Assembly (NCBI GenBank): GCA_963668355.1
Contig: OY764265.1
Span: 2,080,001 to 2,144,000 of the forward strand
Source: Bdellovibrionota bacterium
GTDB lineage: Bacteria > Bdellovibrionota_G > JALEGL01 > DATDPG01
Length of the DNA: 64,000 bases
Reading direction: 5' to 3'
Shown here piece by piece: positions 10,535 to 20,349 of this stretch. Position numbers and translations under genes: made by a program. Below the pieces are notes generated by a model. That model had not been told where the DNA came from. It saw nothing but the letters and a program-made list of their open reading frames with translations, and ran no database searches. How positions within the stretch are numbered: the stretch's first letter is position 1; each line of letters starts with the position of its first letter.

Positions 10535-11065
10535 CTATTTCAAATGAGTTTTCACGCTGACCAAGCAAGCGACACATTGGGCGTGTCGGCGTTCCATGAG
10601 AGAAGAGAAGGAAAGGGAATTGATGTTATCAATGAGTTCCTGATCCCCTTCGGTCGGACGCTGCCCTCGTAAACGGAAATAGAGTTCTGAGACATCCGCG
10701 CCTTCCGGGAAGAGAACATCCGAGTTTTGTTCGAGGGATTCTCTGCAGGCCATGTCCGCAAGTTCAAATGTGGCTTTTCTTCGAGTGGCCGTTGCAAGAT
10801 TGCTACGTCTTCCAAACTCGTTGGGTCCTCCAAAAAGAACCGAACGACTGTCCAAAAAGGAGATGGACTCTCCCGAAGTGGGGAGTTCCATTCCTTCAAC
10901 CAATAGATTTCGAAACATTTCGAAATCTATTAATTGAACCAGAGCGTCGGTTGCAGGGCCTTCGCCGCTAGTGCTGGACATATCTCCATTTCCAACAACC
11001 CCCCCCGAACAGCTCAACGTGCTGATTAAAAGAAGGGAAAAGAAAAAGCATTGTTTGATTTTCAT
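10535..11065 (-). CDS. Hypothetical lipoprotein
   Basis: Lipobox TLSC; tightly packed in the operon; LYFRLRGQRP resembles helical motifs of DUF1595-like proteins. Confidence 0.6.
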   Translation of the reverse strand: MKIKQCFFFSLLLISTLSCSGGVVGNGDMSSTSGEGPATDALVQLIDFEMFRNLLVEGMELPTSGESISFLDSRSVLFGGPNEFGRRSNLATATRRKATFELADMACRESLEQNSDVLFPEGADVSELYFRLRGQRPTEGDQELIDNINSLSFSSLMERRHAQCVACLVSVKTHLK

Positions 11066-12267
11066 AAAATTACCCCCGCAACGCGCAGAATGAAGTCTTC
11101 ACTGGTCATGAAATCCACTAGAAACGGACGAATGATGAGTTCATGAACCTGGTCCAAGCGTTCCGTCCAGTTGACGAGCAATTGTTCGTCACCTGGTTTT
11201 GAACTTGCCGAAAAATCAAAAGGCATGACGGGATCTTGACCGGGGGCCCCAGCAGATTCATAACCCAAGGCGAAAGCAAGGAAACGTCTGGCTGTGCAGG
11301 TTTTGAACTGTTCCGTTTCGGAGATTTGTCGCATATAGGATCCCACCATGGGAAAACCATTGGGGTCCAAGTCAAAATCCTCCGTATAGCGGGGGACGAC
11401 CTCTCCTTGAACGGGTTCAATGATTTGTTCCCCATCGAATTCAGTGGGTTCCGTATCTCGAATTTCTCGATTTTCCACCCATTCATTGTTTCGGTTGGCA
11501 TCGTACAACCCGTCCGCCCCATAAGGATGAAACACAGGACGACGCGCATTCATCGTTCCATGGCAAGCGTAACAATTGATTCCCACTTCCGAATCGGATT
11601 GGTCGTGGTATTTTGCGGAAACCTCTTCTTGGGGCCACATTCCCACACTTTCTGGATCTGGGTATCGATAACATTTTACGAGCTGAGCAATTTCACGGAC
11701 ATAATTGAAGCCGAATCCATTTCCATACCAACGTTCCAGCCAACCTTGTAAGGTGGCAAATCCTCCCAAGTTGTCGAGGGTCGGAGCTTCACTGTCTTGA
11801 CCTACGATGGGAATGTCTTCAATGACTTTATAGTTCGCTGTTAAGAGTTCGCTGTAGGGGCGATCCCAGGTAACCACGAAGGTTGCGAGGTCTGCTGGAG
11901 CGTTCTCATTGGGGTCATCTGGATTGTCGCGGCCCATTCCGAACATCTGTCGAAAATAAATGAGCATGGCGCCTGAAAATTCTGCGCTGTAGACATAGCG
12001 GTCTACCGCTTCAGAGTAGAGTTGAAAGGCTTCTTCCGAAGTTTCGGCGTTAGAAATCTCCCGAACGTCATTGGCATCTGCCAACTTTAACCGAGTCCGA
12101 AGAGAGACGCTTCGTAAGGCTGTTAAGAGCTCCGAGTTGGAGAAATGCTCGCCAGATAGGCGAGAATGTCCCTCTTCCTCAGCTGAATCCAACGTCTGAG
12201 TTCCATTGCAAGCAGCCAAGATGAATGTGCCCGCTAAAACAAGCTTGTAAACACTGATCATCCTCAT
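11062..12267 (-). CDS. Monoheme c-type cytochrome lipoprotein (DUF1585/DUF1588-like)
   Basis: Lipobox LAAC; CYACH heme motif; FKTCTARRFLAFALG segment. Confidence 0.65.
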   Translation of the reverse strand: MRMISVYKLVLAGTFILAACNGTQTLDSAEEEGHSRLSGEHFSNSELLTALRSVSLRTRLKLADANDVREISNAETSEEAFQLYSEAVDRYVYSAEFSGAMLIYFRQMFGMGRDNPDDPNENAPADLATFVVTWDRPYSELLTANYKVIEDIPIVGQDSEAPTLDNLGGFATLQGWLERWYGNGFGFNYVREIAQLVKCYRYPDPESVGMWPQEEVSAKYHDQSDSEVGINCYACHGTMNARRPVFHPYGADGLYDANRNNEWVENREIRDTEPTEFDGEQIIEPVQGEVVPRYTEDFDLDPNGFPMVGSYMRQISETEQFKTCTARRFLAFALGYESAGAPGQDPVMPFDFSASSKPGDEQLLVNWTERLDQVHELIIRPFLVDFMTSEDFILRVAGVIL

Positions 12268-12283
12268 GATTGGGGCGCATTAC

Positions 12284-12299
12284 TGCAAACCTGAGTCCA
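12284..12299 (-). promoter_or_regulatory. Sigma-54 (-24/-12) promoter of the cytochrome/Tat operon
   Basis: Minus strand TGGACTCAGGTTTGCA (GG-N10-GC); IHF-like TTCAAtgcaTTA at about 12329-12340. Confidence 0.6.
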
Positions 12300-12427
12300 A
12301 CACAGAAAAAGGAGTTAAAAGCAATAATTTCAATGCATTAAAGAAATTTTGATAACCGGGAGAAGAAAATATTGCCGTAACCTTGAACCTTTTTGCGTAA
12401 ATTTCTGTTTCAGATCATGGTTTTTGG

Positions 12428-13675
12428 CTAAGCACCGAGGCGGATTCGGGAGAAGCGAGTCCGAAGCGATCCCAAAACCAAGAGAAGCAAAAGCGGGGGC
12501 CAGGAGAAGTCTGTTTTACAGCCGGAATTCACATCAGGGGTGCTTAGAAGAACGCCACCTTCAGAGTCTTCTTCGGATTGATCGTCATTCGATGGGGTAG
12601 GGAGGTTTTGTTGGGTGGGATCCAGATTGACTTCGTATCCCGGAGAAACGTTTCCCTCCGAGTCGATGACAAAAAGGAAAAGCTGCTCTTCTCCTGCAAG
12701 GGCTTGGCTGTGAATTTGAACGGAGATTTCATTATCTTCCCACACGGATGGAATTTGGATCTCTCGCTGCGTACAATCTTCGAAAATGGGAGCATTTCCC
12801 AACTCAACCCGAGCTTGGGTGTCATCGACGTAAAGGTCATCAAAATACAAAAAAGTATCAATCGTACAGCCTGTGGTTTGTCTCCAGGTTTGTCCCATCA
12901 TTATATGTTGCCAACGATCGTCATCTGCATCATGGGTTACCAGGCCATTTCTTTCCTGCACATACCCAGACCGACCCACGCGCTTGGTTCTCAGAAGTCC
13001 GTCGGCGGCAGAAGGCGTTGACGATCCTTGAACGTATTGCTCGATTCGTTGCCAATCATTAAAGACAAAGAGATCTTCAGCACAACCAATCTGCGTGGAG
13101 TGATTTCCACCATCATAATTCACTTCTGTATTATTGTTCCCCCAGTACGTTCGATCCTCTGTGATGTAGTACCAATAATTGTTCATGATTTGAGTCGTAC
13201 TGGACGTTTCATCCGCATAATAGACACCCGGTGAGCTACTCAAGCGCCAAGCTTTAAATTGAATTCGTCCGCAATCATCATTGCGATCGATGAGAAAATT
13301 GGCCGAAAGAAAAAAATTGTTCATGGGGCGACCTAGATCCTTCGTGATCTGACAAAAATCGCCTCCGGTTTCGGTATTGACCTTCAAGGATCGAGATCCA
13401 GCGTGAGCGAAATCATCGGAAGTAAACACTTCTCCGGAAACTTCATTCCAGCCTGCGGGGGTTGCTCCCAAGGACTCATTTTCAAAATCTGAAAAATACA
13501 ACGGCGCTGCAGGCGATTTGACACCAAAACCCACTCCCTCAAGGGTCAGTGTTTGGTGATGGATTAATCCGTTTTCACCCAAACCATCGAGATTCGAGAT
13601 GATCGGATCGGCCCAAACTGCCAATGGGATGATTTGAGCGAGACACAGCCAAACCCAACAAATCTGCTTTTGCAT
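12428..13675 (-). CDS. Secreted ConA/polysaccharide-lyase-like beta-sandwich protein with MYXO-CTERM-like C-terminal anchor (paralog 1 of 3)
   Basis: Signal peptide; GFGVK and YVDDTQARVEL..EIQIPSVW motifs shared with the 15680 and 20794 genes; C-terminal SGC + hydrophobic stretch + Arg-rich tail. Confidence 0.65.
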   Translation of the reverse strand: MQKQICWVWLCLAQIIPLAVWADPIISNLDGLGENGLIHHQTLTLEGVGFGVKSPAAPLYFSDFENESLGATPAGWNEVSGEVFTSDDFAHAGSRSLKVNTETGGDFCQITKDLGRPMNNFFLSANFLIDRNDDCGRIQFKAWRLSSSPGVYYADETSSTTQIMNNYWYYITEDRTYWGNNNTEVNYDGGNHSTQIGCAEDLFVFNDWQRIEQYVQGSSTPSAADGLLRTKRVGRSGYVQERNGLVTHDADDDRWQHIMMGQTWRQTTGCTIDTFLYFDDLYVDDTQARVELGNAPIFEDCTQREIQIPSVWEDNEISVQIHSQALAGEEQLFLFVIDSEGNVSPGYEVNLDPTQQNLPTPSNDDQSEEDSEGGVLLSTPDVNSGCKTDFSWPPLLLLLVLGSLRTRFSRIRLGA

Positions 13676-13791
13676 TACAGAGGCCCAAACCCTTCTGAGG
13701 CACAGCGTTGGAGCATGGGAAAAACCAAATGGGCTCCGAAACTTAGAAAAATGTCTTTGGAAATCATTCCTTTCACCACTTGAGAAGGAAA

Positions 13792-13807
13792 AGCAAGGCT
13801 TGTACCA
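13792..13807 (-). promoter_or_regulatory. Sigma-54 promoter
   Basis: Minus strand TGGTACAAGCCTTGCT; IHF-like TAAttcaCTGAAAT at about 13822-13835. Confidence 0.7.
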
Positions 13808-13995
13808 GACGCGAGCATTTATAATTCACTGAAATTATTGCGATTCTATTGCAGGAGGATTTGAAATTGAAGGCCTTCTCGGAAAAAAGTGCAAATTAGG
13901 GGTGAATCTCTTTGCGAGCGCCTAGACGTCCCATAATCCAGGGGTTTTCTGCGGAGGGAATTGAAAAGCCGAGGGAATTTGAATAGAAGGGGCGG

Positions 13996-15417
13996 ATGAA
14001 AATGCGAAAAGAAGTTGATCTGTTGGGAGAGTTAGAAATCGACGATTCCAAATACTATGGAATTCATACGGTGCGAGCCATGGAGAATTTTCAGATCTCC
14101 AAAATGAAGATCAGTGATTATCCGTTTTTTGTGAAAGGGATGATCGTTACAAAAAAAGCTTGTGCCATGGCGAATGAAGAAATGGGCGTTTTAGAGAAAG
14201 AAAAAACGCAAATGATCATTTCGGCCTGTGATGAAATCTTGGGGAATCTCAAGAAATATGCACGATTTTTTCCCACCGACGTCATCCAAGGGGGAGCGGG
14301 GACTTCTGTAAACATGAACACAAACGAAGTCATTGCAAATGTTGCCTTGGAGATGAACGGACATCCCAAGGGAAGCTATGAGATTTTGCATCCAAACGAT
14401 CATGTGAATCGATCCCAATCCACCAACGATGCCTATCCTAGCGGATTGCGTGTGGCTTTGTTTTTTAAGATGAACCAGTTGTTGGAAAAAATGAAATATC
14501 TAACGAGCAGCATCGATCGAAAGGCCGCTCAATTTCAGAGTGTTCTGAAGATGGGTAGGACGCAACTCCAAGATGCGGTTCCGATGTCTTTGGGAGACGA
14601 GTTTTCCGGATGGGCTACAAATTTAAGGGAAGAAATTCGGAATTTAAAAAAGTCCAGAGACCACGTCTTGGAACTGAACCTAGGCGCAACAGCCATTGGA
14701 ACGGGCGTCAACGCTCCAAAGGGATTCTCTGAAATTGCCATTGGATATTTGTCCGAGTTGACACAGGCGAACTTTGTGAAGGCCGAGAACTTGATTGAAG
14801 CAACTTCAGACTGTGGAGCCTATGTGATGATCTCCGGTGCTTTAAAAAGGACCTCTGTAAAATTGTCCAAGATTTGCAACGACCTTCGACTTTTGTCTTC
14901 GGGTCCGAAATGTGGGTTGAATGAAATCAACTTACCCCGCTTGCAAGCGGGCTCTTCCATCATGCCTGCAAAAGTAAACCCCGTGATTCCTGAAGTGGTG
15001 AATCAAGTGTGTTTTAAAGTCATCGGAAATGATGTAACCATTTCCTTTGCGGCTGAAGGGGGACAACTTCAACTCAATGTTATGGAGCCCGTTATTGCCC
15101 ACTCTTTGTTTTCCTCGATCGGACTCTTGTCAAATTCATGCGTAACGTTAGCGGACAAATGCATGAATGGAATCACCGCCAATGAGGAACATACAAAAGA
15201 AATGGTGTTGAATTCCGTTGGAATCATTACTTACTTAACACCCTACATTGGACATCACATGGGAGATGTCATTGGAAGAGAAGCCGTGGCGACAGGAAAA
15301 TCAGTGCGTGAGATCGTTCGTGAAAAAAATCTCTTAACCGAAGAAGAACTGAATAAAATTTTCGATCCAGAAAACCTCATGCGCCCCAAATACCACTCAA
15401 AAAAGCGCTGGGGTTAG
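13996..15417 (+). CDS. aspA: Aspartate ammonia-lyase
   Basis: [21 protein letters not shown] and the [11 protein letters not shown] fumarase/aspartase signature. Confidence 0.95.
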   Translation: MKMRKEVDLLGELEIDDSKYYGIHTVRAMENFQISKMKISDYPFFVKGMIVTKKACAMANEEMGVLEKEKTQMIISACDEILGNLKKYARFFPTDVIQGGAGTSVNMNTNEVIANVALEMNGHPKGSYEILHPNDHVNRSQSTNDAYPSGLRVALFFKMNQLLEKMKYLTSSIDRKAAQFQSVLKMGRTQLQDAVPMSLGDEFSGWATNLREEIRNLKKSRDHVLELNLGATAIGTGVNAPKGFSEIAIGYLSELTQANFVKAENLIEATSDCGAYVMISGALKRTSVKLSKICNDLRLLSSGPKCGLNEINLPRLQAGSSIMPAKVNPVIPEVVNQVCFKVIGNDVTISFAAEGGQLQLNVMEPVIAHSLFSSIGLLSNSCVTLADKCMNGITANEEHTKEMVLNSVGIITYLTPYIGHHMGDVIGREAVATGKSVREIVREKNLLTEEELNKIFDPENLMRPKYHSKKRWG

Positions 15418-15679
15418 GTGAAATTCCACGGAAAAAAATTGAGACATGGGCTGCGCAGTGTGCCGAAGAAGAACGGTTTGTAGTTTTGTAACCAATAGCC
15501 CAAAGAAACCCTTCGTTTCATTCGCGTAAATTCCGACACGCGTCGAGATTGCCCGACCAAAATTCTTTGGGAATTAACGAAAGAGGAGTTCGGGAAGAAC
15601 GTTGAAGTCAGTTTGCTTTTTCATCTTACGTACGTCACTACCGGGGATCGTCCCATCGTGTCTCTAGAAGATTGAGCTT

Positions 15680-17350
15680 CTACTGAAGGTAAACTGGAAA
15701 ACCATTGCTCGTGTTTCCTTGGGCGTCAAAGACGATGAGGTACAGCGTTTGTCCGGGAGCAAAACTGCCAAAGCGCGCATTAAAGTGAATGGTGCTTTCA
15801 TTCCAGACGGAATGGGGCTCTTGGATTTCACAATGCGAGGCTAAGTCACGGTCTGGAGAATCACAGAGCTCAATGCGGGCCTGCGTAATATCCACATAAA
15901 ACTCACTATGATAGATATCTGCTTGAGGCCTAGGGGGAGCAGAAGTCACATCGTCAAGGTAGTGCGTGAAATTTATGGTATCGAATTTTTCTGAAGAAGC
16001 ATTCGGTCTCAACATCGAACCCATGGAGTCCTTTAGGATTTCACCATTCTTGGCCAGCGTATATCCCCCATTGGCTACTCCGACATCTCCACTTCGAATT
16101 ACGCCTTCATATCGATCCCAGGAAGCCTCACCGAAACTGAAGCCTGAGTATCCCATTCCACTCCACTCGTTATAAACGACGGCCTCTTCACCATCCGCAA
16201 TATACATATGCCCATTTCCCGAACCATTTTCGGGATAAAAGTCCCAACGTCCCTGCGGAAATCCATTGCCTTCATAGTTCGCAAAATTGGCAATTTTCAC
16301 ATTTCGCATGTTTTCAAAAGCACCATTGGTCGTGGACAATGCCCACATGGAAAAATAAATTTCATCAAATCCGTTTGAGTCTCTTAGACTTAAATAGTTT
16401 GTTCCCTGGTAACAATCATGCTCAGGGTTATCACCAAAAAATTTCCAACCGACAACATCGCCTTCGTATCGACCGAATGCATCTGAGTAGCGCATTGCAT
16501 AGTCAGGAGTGTCGATGCCAGGCCATGCGCATCGAGCTTCCAAAGACCACGAGATTCGTCCAACGGCCGACTCATCGATCACTTCACCCAACTGCTCACT
16601 CCCATAATCAAACGTGTCAAACTTGAGCGGCTCAACAGGGAATTTCACACCAAATCCTCTTCCGGATATGACATAGCTTCCATCTCTAGAAAGCTGGGTT
16701 GAATTTAGAGACAAAATCTCAATTCCTTCACCGCCGCTCGAACCCAAAAGACTTAAATAATAGTCATAATCTTCCATGCCGAAGGTTTCGGATTTCAAGG
16801 GATCCGTATTCACCCAGGCAATCGCTTCGGTGTAGGGGGCGAGTTGATCGGCATCACCCGCTTCTGGGTTATGACAAAGGTTGGTGGAAAACTCCGGATG
16901 CTCCTGAAGCAATAAGGCAAATACAGCCACATCATCCATATTCACCAGGTGGTTGTCGTCACGGTCTAGATTTACACAATTGATATCATTGTCCGTTTCT
17001 GGGTCGCTTTCCGCTTCTTCGGCTATCTGAGCACAGGTCTTATCCACTTGCCCTGCCATCAAAACAATATCGGACAAGCTTAAGCTGCCATCGTGAAGTG
17101 TGTCAGCCACGCATGCCAAAATGGGAAAGTCCTCGGGATTGTCAACTCCCGAGAGGGAAAACAACCCTCCACGACCCACCAAAGCATTGACACTTTCCTT
17201 TAAAGCGAGCTCATCCACACCCGCGACCTCGGCAACTTCTCTTAATAGTGAAGATTGAGGTGCGGTGGGCGTATAGGAGAGATTAGAACTGCAAGCTAAG
17301 AAAAGAAAAGTGTACGAACAGTAAAGAAAGAATCTAACGACTTTGGACAT
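15680..17350 (-). CDS. Lipoprotein with dockerin/EF-hand-like pair and ConA-like domain (paralog 2 of 3)
   Basis: Start moved to MSKVVRF (GGGGAGG SD; the longer ORF start lies inside the sigma-54 site). Lipobox FLAC; DTLHDGSLSLSD and DRDDNHLVNMDD repeats; GFGVK and YVDITQARIELC motifs. Confidence 0.65.
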   Translation of the reverse strand: MSKVVRFFLYCSYTFLFLACSSNLSYTPTAPQSSLLREVAEVAGVDELALKESVNALVGRGGLFSLSGVDNPEDFPILACVADTLHDGSLSLSDIVLMAGQVDKTCAQIAEEAESDPETDNDINCVNLDRDDNHLVNMDDVAVFALLLQEHPEFSTNLCHNPEAGDADQLAPYTEAIAWVNTDPLKSETFGMEDYDYYLSLLGSSGGEGIEILSLNSTQLSRDGSYVISGRGFGVKFPVEPLKFDTFDYGSEQLGEVIDESAVGRISWSLEARCAWPGIDTPDYAMRYSDAFGRYEGDVVGWKFFGDNPEHDCYQGTNYLSLRDSNGFDEIYFSMWALSTTNGAFENMRNVKIANFANYEGNGFPQGRWDFYPENGSGNGHMYIADGEEAVVYNEWSGMGYSGFSFGEASWDRYEGVIRSGDVGVANGGYTLAKNGEILKDSMGSMLRPNASSEKFDTINFTHYLDDVTSAPPRPQADIYHSEFYVDITQARIELCDSPDRDLASHCEIQEPHSVWNESTIHFNARFGSFAPGQTLYLIVFDAQGNTSNGFPVYLQ

Positions 17351-17386
17351 TTTGCCTCCCCAATTTCCCCATTTGTTCAACACAAA

Positions 17387-17402
17387 AGCAAGACTCATTC
17401 CA
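17387..17402 (-). promoter_or_regulatory. Sigma-54 promoter
   Basis: Minus strand TGGAATGAGTCTTGCT; AT-rich IHF-like tract at 17415-17442. Confidence 0.6.
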
Positions 17403-17605
17403 TACTCAAACCAGATAATAATCTTGTTATTTTAAATAGTTAGATATTCTTCGGCATCGGACGCTTTGAATGTTGTGCGAGATCGGCCCCTCGATCACGA
17501 AACTTTTTGCGAAGTCTTACCATTTCTCAGTCTGCGGTCGATTCGATGCTTTTTCAAAATCCCGTAAATCGGGTTCAGTCGACTGTCCCATGATTCCCCC
17601 CCAAA

Positions 17606-17880
17606 TGGTGGGTGATGTCCGTCAATATCGGTGGAGCAGTGCACGAGCCCATTTAAAAGGTGAAGATGACGGGCTAGCGAAGGTGAGCCCGATGTTGAAC
17701 CGAGTTGAGGACTGGAAGGCCTATTTGGCTGAGGGCATCGAGAAAGCGGAGATGCGAACGATTGAGCGCCATCTGCGAACGGGCCGACCCAGAGGCGGTG
17801 AGAAATTCATCCAACGGCTGGAGAAGATGACGGGACGAGATCTTCTCCCAAAGAAGCCGGGCCCGGGCAAGGCGAGTTAG
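17606..17880 (+). pseudogene. C-terminal remnant of a REP-associated Y1 (RAYT/IS200-like) transposase
   Basis: YRWSSARAHL..DWKAYL..RTGRPRG..RLEKMTGRDLLPKKPGP is typical of RAYT C-termini; no HUH motif present; flanked by CTGTCCC motifs. Confidence 0.75.
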
Positions 17881-17999
17881 ATATACTGTCCCCTGAAATA
17901 GACTGAAATACCCTGAAATAGAAAAACAACGCGAACAGAAATCGGCCTAAGTCATTGTTTTTACACTTTAAAAAATTTTTCATTTTTTAGCCTTGACTG

Positions 18000-18024
18000 A
18001 TAAGCCTTATAATATAAGGCTTAT
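18000..18024. promoter_or_regulatory. Perfect palindrome, candidate PadR operator
   Basis: ATAAGCCTTATA-A-TATAAGGCTTAT (12-1-12) between TTGACT (17993) and the PadR ATG (18030). Confidence 0.7.
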
Positions 18025-18029
18025 TTCCA

Positions 18030-18380
18030 ATGGGCAAAGACATCACAGATGGGCAGGTTCTAAAAGGCCTGCTCGACACGTTGGTTTTGAGCGTTTTGCA
18101 GCAAGAGGACAATTATGGCTTTGGCATTCTACAAGCCGTTCGGGACCGTCTAGGAAACGAAGGATCAATACTCCGGGACGCCACGCTATATCCACTTTTG
18201 CACCGACTTGAATCGAAATTCTTTGTGAAGTCTTATTTCAAACCCGGAGACCGTGGGACTCCACGCAAGTACTACCGGATCACTGAAAATGGAGAGGCTC
18301 ATCTCGCATCAAGAACCGTAGAATGGAAACGGGTCGTGGAAATTCTCCAAAGCACAATTTTTTCTCAAAAGGAGCGTTAG
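18030..18380 (+). CDS. PadR-family transcriptional regulator
   Basis: LKGLLDTLVL, YGFGI, TLYPLLHRLE, RKYYRIT motifs. Confidence 0.92.
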   Translation: MGKDITDGQVLKGLLDTLVLSVLQQEDNYGFGILQAVRDRLGNEGSILRDATLYPLLHRLESKFFVKSYFKPGDRGTPRKYYRITENGEAHLASRTVEWKRVVEILQSTIFSQKER

Positions 18381-18384
18381 TAAG

Positions 18385-19338
18385 ATGTTTAAAGCTCTAA
18401 CTAGAAACTTAGAAAGTTCTGTTCCGAAAGAAATCCTTACAGGGGATTCAATTCTAGATGACTATTTAAAAAGTCTCGACGTCAGACTTGCGGGAGGAAA
18501 AAAAGTTCGCAAAGCATTCCTACTCGAAATTCAGGATCATTTACTCGAAAAGAAAAAAAATCTTTTAGAAACTCTCCCAACGGAAGAAAATGCTTCCAAA
18601 GCTGCCGTCGAAGAAATGGGGCCTCCTGAAGAATTGGCACGCTCCCAAAGCAGTGCCACATGGCGAACCTTTTGGCGACACTTCCTTTCAAGTTCCTCAA
18701 TATACTTTTTTGCAATGCTGTTCTTTTCCTTTATAGATGAAAAAAGTGGAACGTCCGCATTAAACTGTTTCTTCCAAAGCCTTTGGTTTGGCATCTGTAT
18801 GGCTTGGCTGTTTGCGTTTGTTTTCCCTCCCCATCAAATCGATGTATCTAATATTCAAAAAGACACGTACACGGTGGAATACTCCAAAGGCCTCCGTTTT
18901 CTATCTATCTCTCTTTCGCTGTTTTCTCTCTTCATTGTCCTGAACTCTCTGACCAACATTTTTGGGAATGCGGCTTACGTTGGGATTTTCAAAACAAAAG
19001 CGGAATACATCTTTTTTGGCACAATTTACTTCCTTTTGATCCCCGTATTCTTTGCAAATTCCCTGCGAATATACGTAAGTCCAGATGGATTAGCCTACCA
19101 AAGACTTCTTTGGAAAAAACACATTCCTTGGAAACACATCGTGCAAATAACCCCAGCTTTCGGCTCGTCAAGTTGGATTCCTCATTACTGGAAAAATGTC
19201 CTTCATATTCGGTTCCAAATAAATGAAAAGAAGCATGGCACAATTCCCATTTATCCTGACATGCACGGCCGAACCAATCTTCTTCTTGAGATCGAAAAAA
19301 GAATAGACCAAAAACCGCAATTAGAATCCGCGAAATAA
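18385..19338 (+). CDS. PadR-associated membrane protein (permease-prefix/HAAS N-terminus, C-terminal PH-like domain)
   Basis: EIQDHL...AVEEMGPPEELA motif followed by about 4 TM helices. Confidence 0.7.
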   Translation: MFKALTRNLESSVPKEILTGDSILDDYLKSLDVRLAGGKKVRKAFLLEIQDHLLEKKKNLLETLPTEENASKAAVEEMGPPEELARSQSSATWRTFWRHFLSSSSIYFFAMLFFSFIDEKSGTSALNCFFQSLWFGICMAWLFAFVFPPHQIDVSNIQKDTYTVEYSKGLRFLSISLSLFSLFIVLNSLTNIFGNAAYVGIFKTKAEYIFFGTIYFLLIPVFFANSLRIYVSPDGLAYQRLLWKKHIPWKHIVQITPAFGSSSWIPHYWKNVLHIRFQINEKKHGTIPIYPDMHGRTNLLLEIEKRIDQKPQLESAK

Positions 19339-19378
19339 GAAGAGGTTGAAGATGAAATTTCTAAAATCGGGGGACCAA

Positions 19379-20344
19379 CTAAGTAGAAGAGCAAGGAGAA
19401 AGTGAGAGGTCCCTGATTTTGGCGTTGGCGATAACGACGATTTTTCTCATGAGGGCGACGGCAGCGACAATGGGTTTTTTGCCCTGTGCGAGGAGATTTC
19501 GATAAAAGTTGCCGAGCGGGGATTTGCTGCGAGAGGCTGTGAGGGCAGCAAGAAAGAGGATGGGCTTGATCTGGACGCGTCCACCTCTTGTCTTTCGGTA
19601 GCCTTCTCGTTTTCCACTTTGATTGGGATGAGGAGCCACTCCAGCGAGAGAAGCGATCTGCTTGCCGGAGATCGTTCCAAGTTCCGGGAGGTCAGCCAAG
19701 AGAGCTGCGGCGACTTTGGGTCCGACGCCTGGAATGGTTTGAATTTCCCGATACTTTTGTAGGAGCTGATCGTTCTCGCGCAGATGAGTTGTGATTTGAG
19801 CTTCGATTTCGGCAATCGTTTCTTTTAAACAAGCCAAGACTCTTTGGACGCTTGCTTTGAGGATTTCCCGATCCGGTCCTTTGAGGCGATTGCGTTCCTG
19901 AGTTTGAATGGCGACCAGTTCTGCGCGCCGTTTCACTAGTTTGGAAAGGATTTCCACATTCAGATCGGGCTTTTGGAAGAGGTCGAGGTGAGGATGTCGT
20001 TCTAGAGCATATTGAGCTAAGGCACGTGCATCGGTGGTGTCTGATTTGCCTTCAATGCCAAAGGAGCGAATAAAGAACTTCACTTTCCTTGGATTGGCCC
20101 GATGTACTTTCAAGTCTCTAGTGGCAAGCTCTTTGAGCAAGGCTTTCTCATAGCCCCCTGTAGCTTCTACAGTCATCAGGGCTGAGGGCAGTTTCTGCCG
20201 GTATTTTCTCAAGAACGTCTGAAATCCAGAGCGTTTATTTTGAAATGTATGGGTCTTTGGATCACCCAAAGCAAAGACTTCGAAGAAATCCTTTCCCATA
20301 TCAATCCCCAAAAAATGCTTGTACTTCCTTGGCTGGTTTCGCAT
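19379..20344 (-). CDS. IS110-family DEDD transposase / bridge recombinase
   Basis: GIDMGK, VEATG, KSDTTDA (DEDD RuvC-like); IPGVGP; QSGK catalytic Ser loop. Confidence 0.95.
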   Translation of the reverse strand: MRNQPRKYKHFLGIDMGKDFFEVFALGDPKTHTFQNKRSGFQTFLRKYRQKLPSALMTVEATGGYEKALLKELATRDLKVHRANPRKVKFFIRSFGIEGKSDTTDARALAQYALERHPHLDLFQKPDLNVEILSKLVKRRAELVAIQTQERNRLKGPDREILKASVQRVLACLKETIAEIEAQITTHLRENDQLLQKYREIQTIPGVGPKVAAALLADLPELGTISGKQIASLAGVAPHPNQSGKREGYRKTRGGRVQIKPILFLAALTASRSKSPLGNFYRNLLAQGKKPIVAAVALMRKIVVIANAKIRDLSLSPCSST

Positions 20345-20349
20345 AGTGA

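Noticed and set aside
15420..15675. Open stretch of about 58 codons after aspA
   Set aside because: No clear start or homology I can recognise
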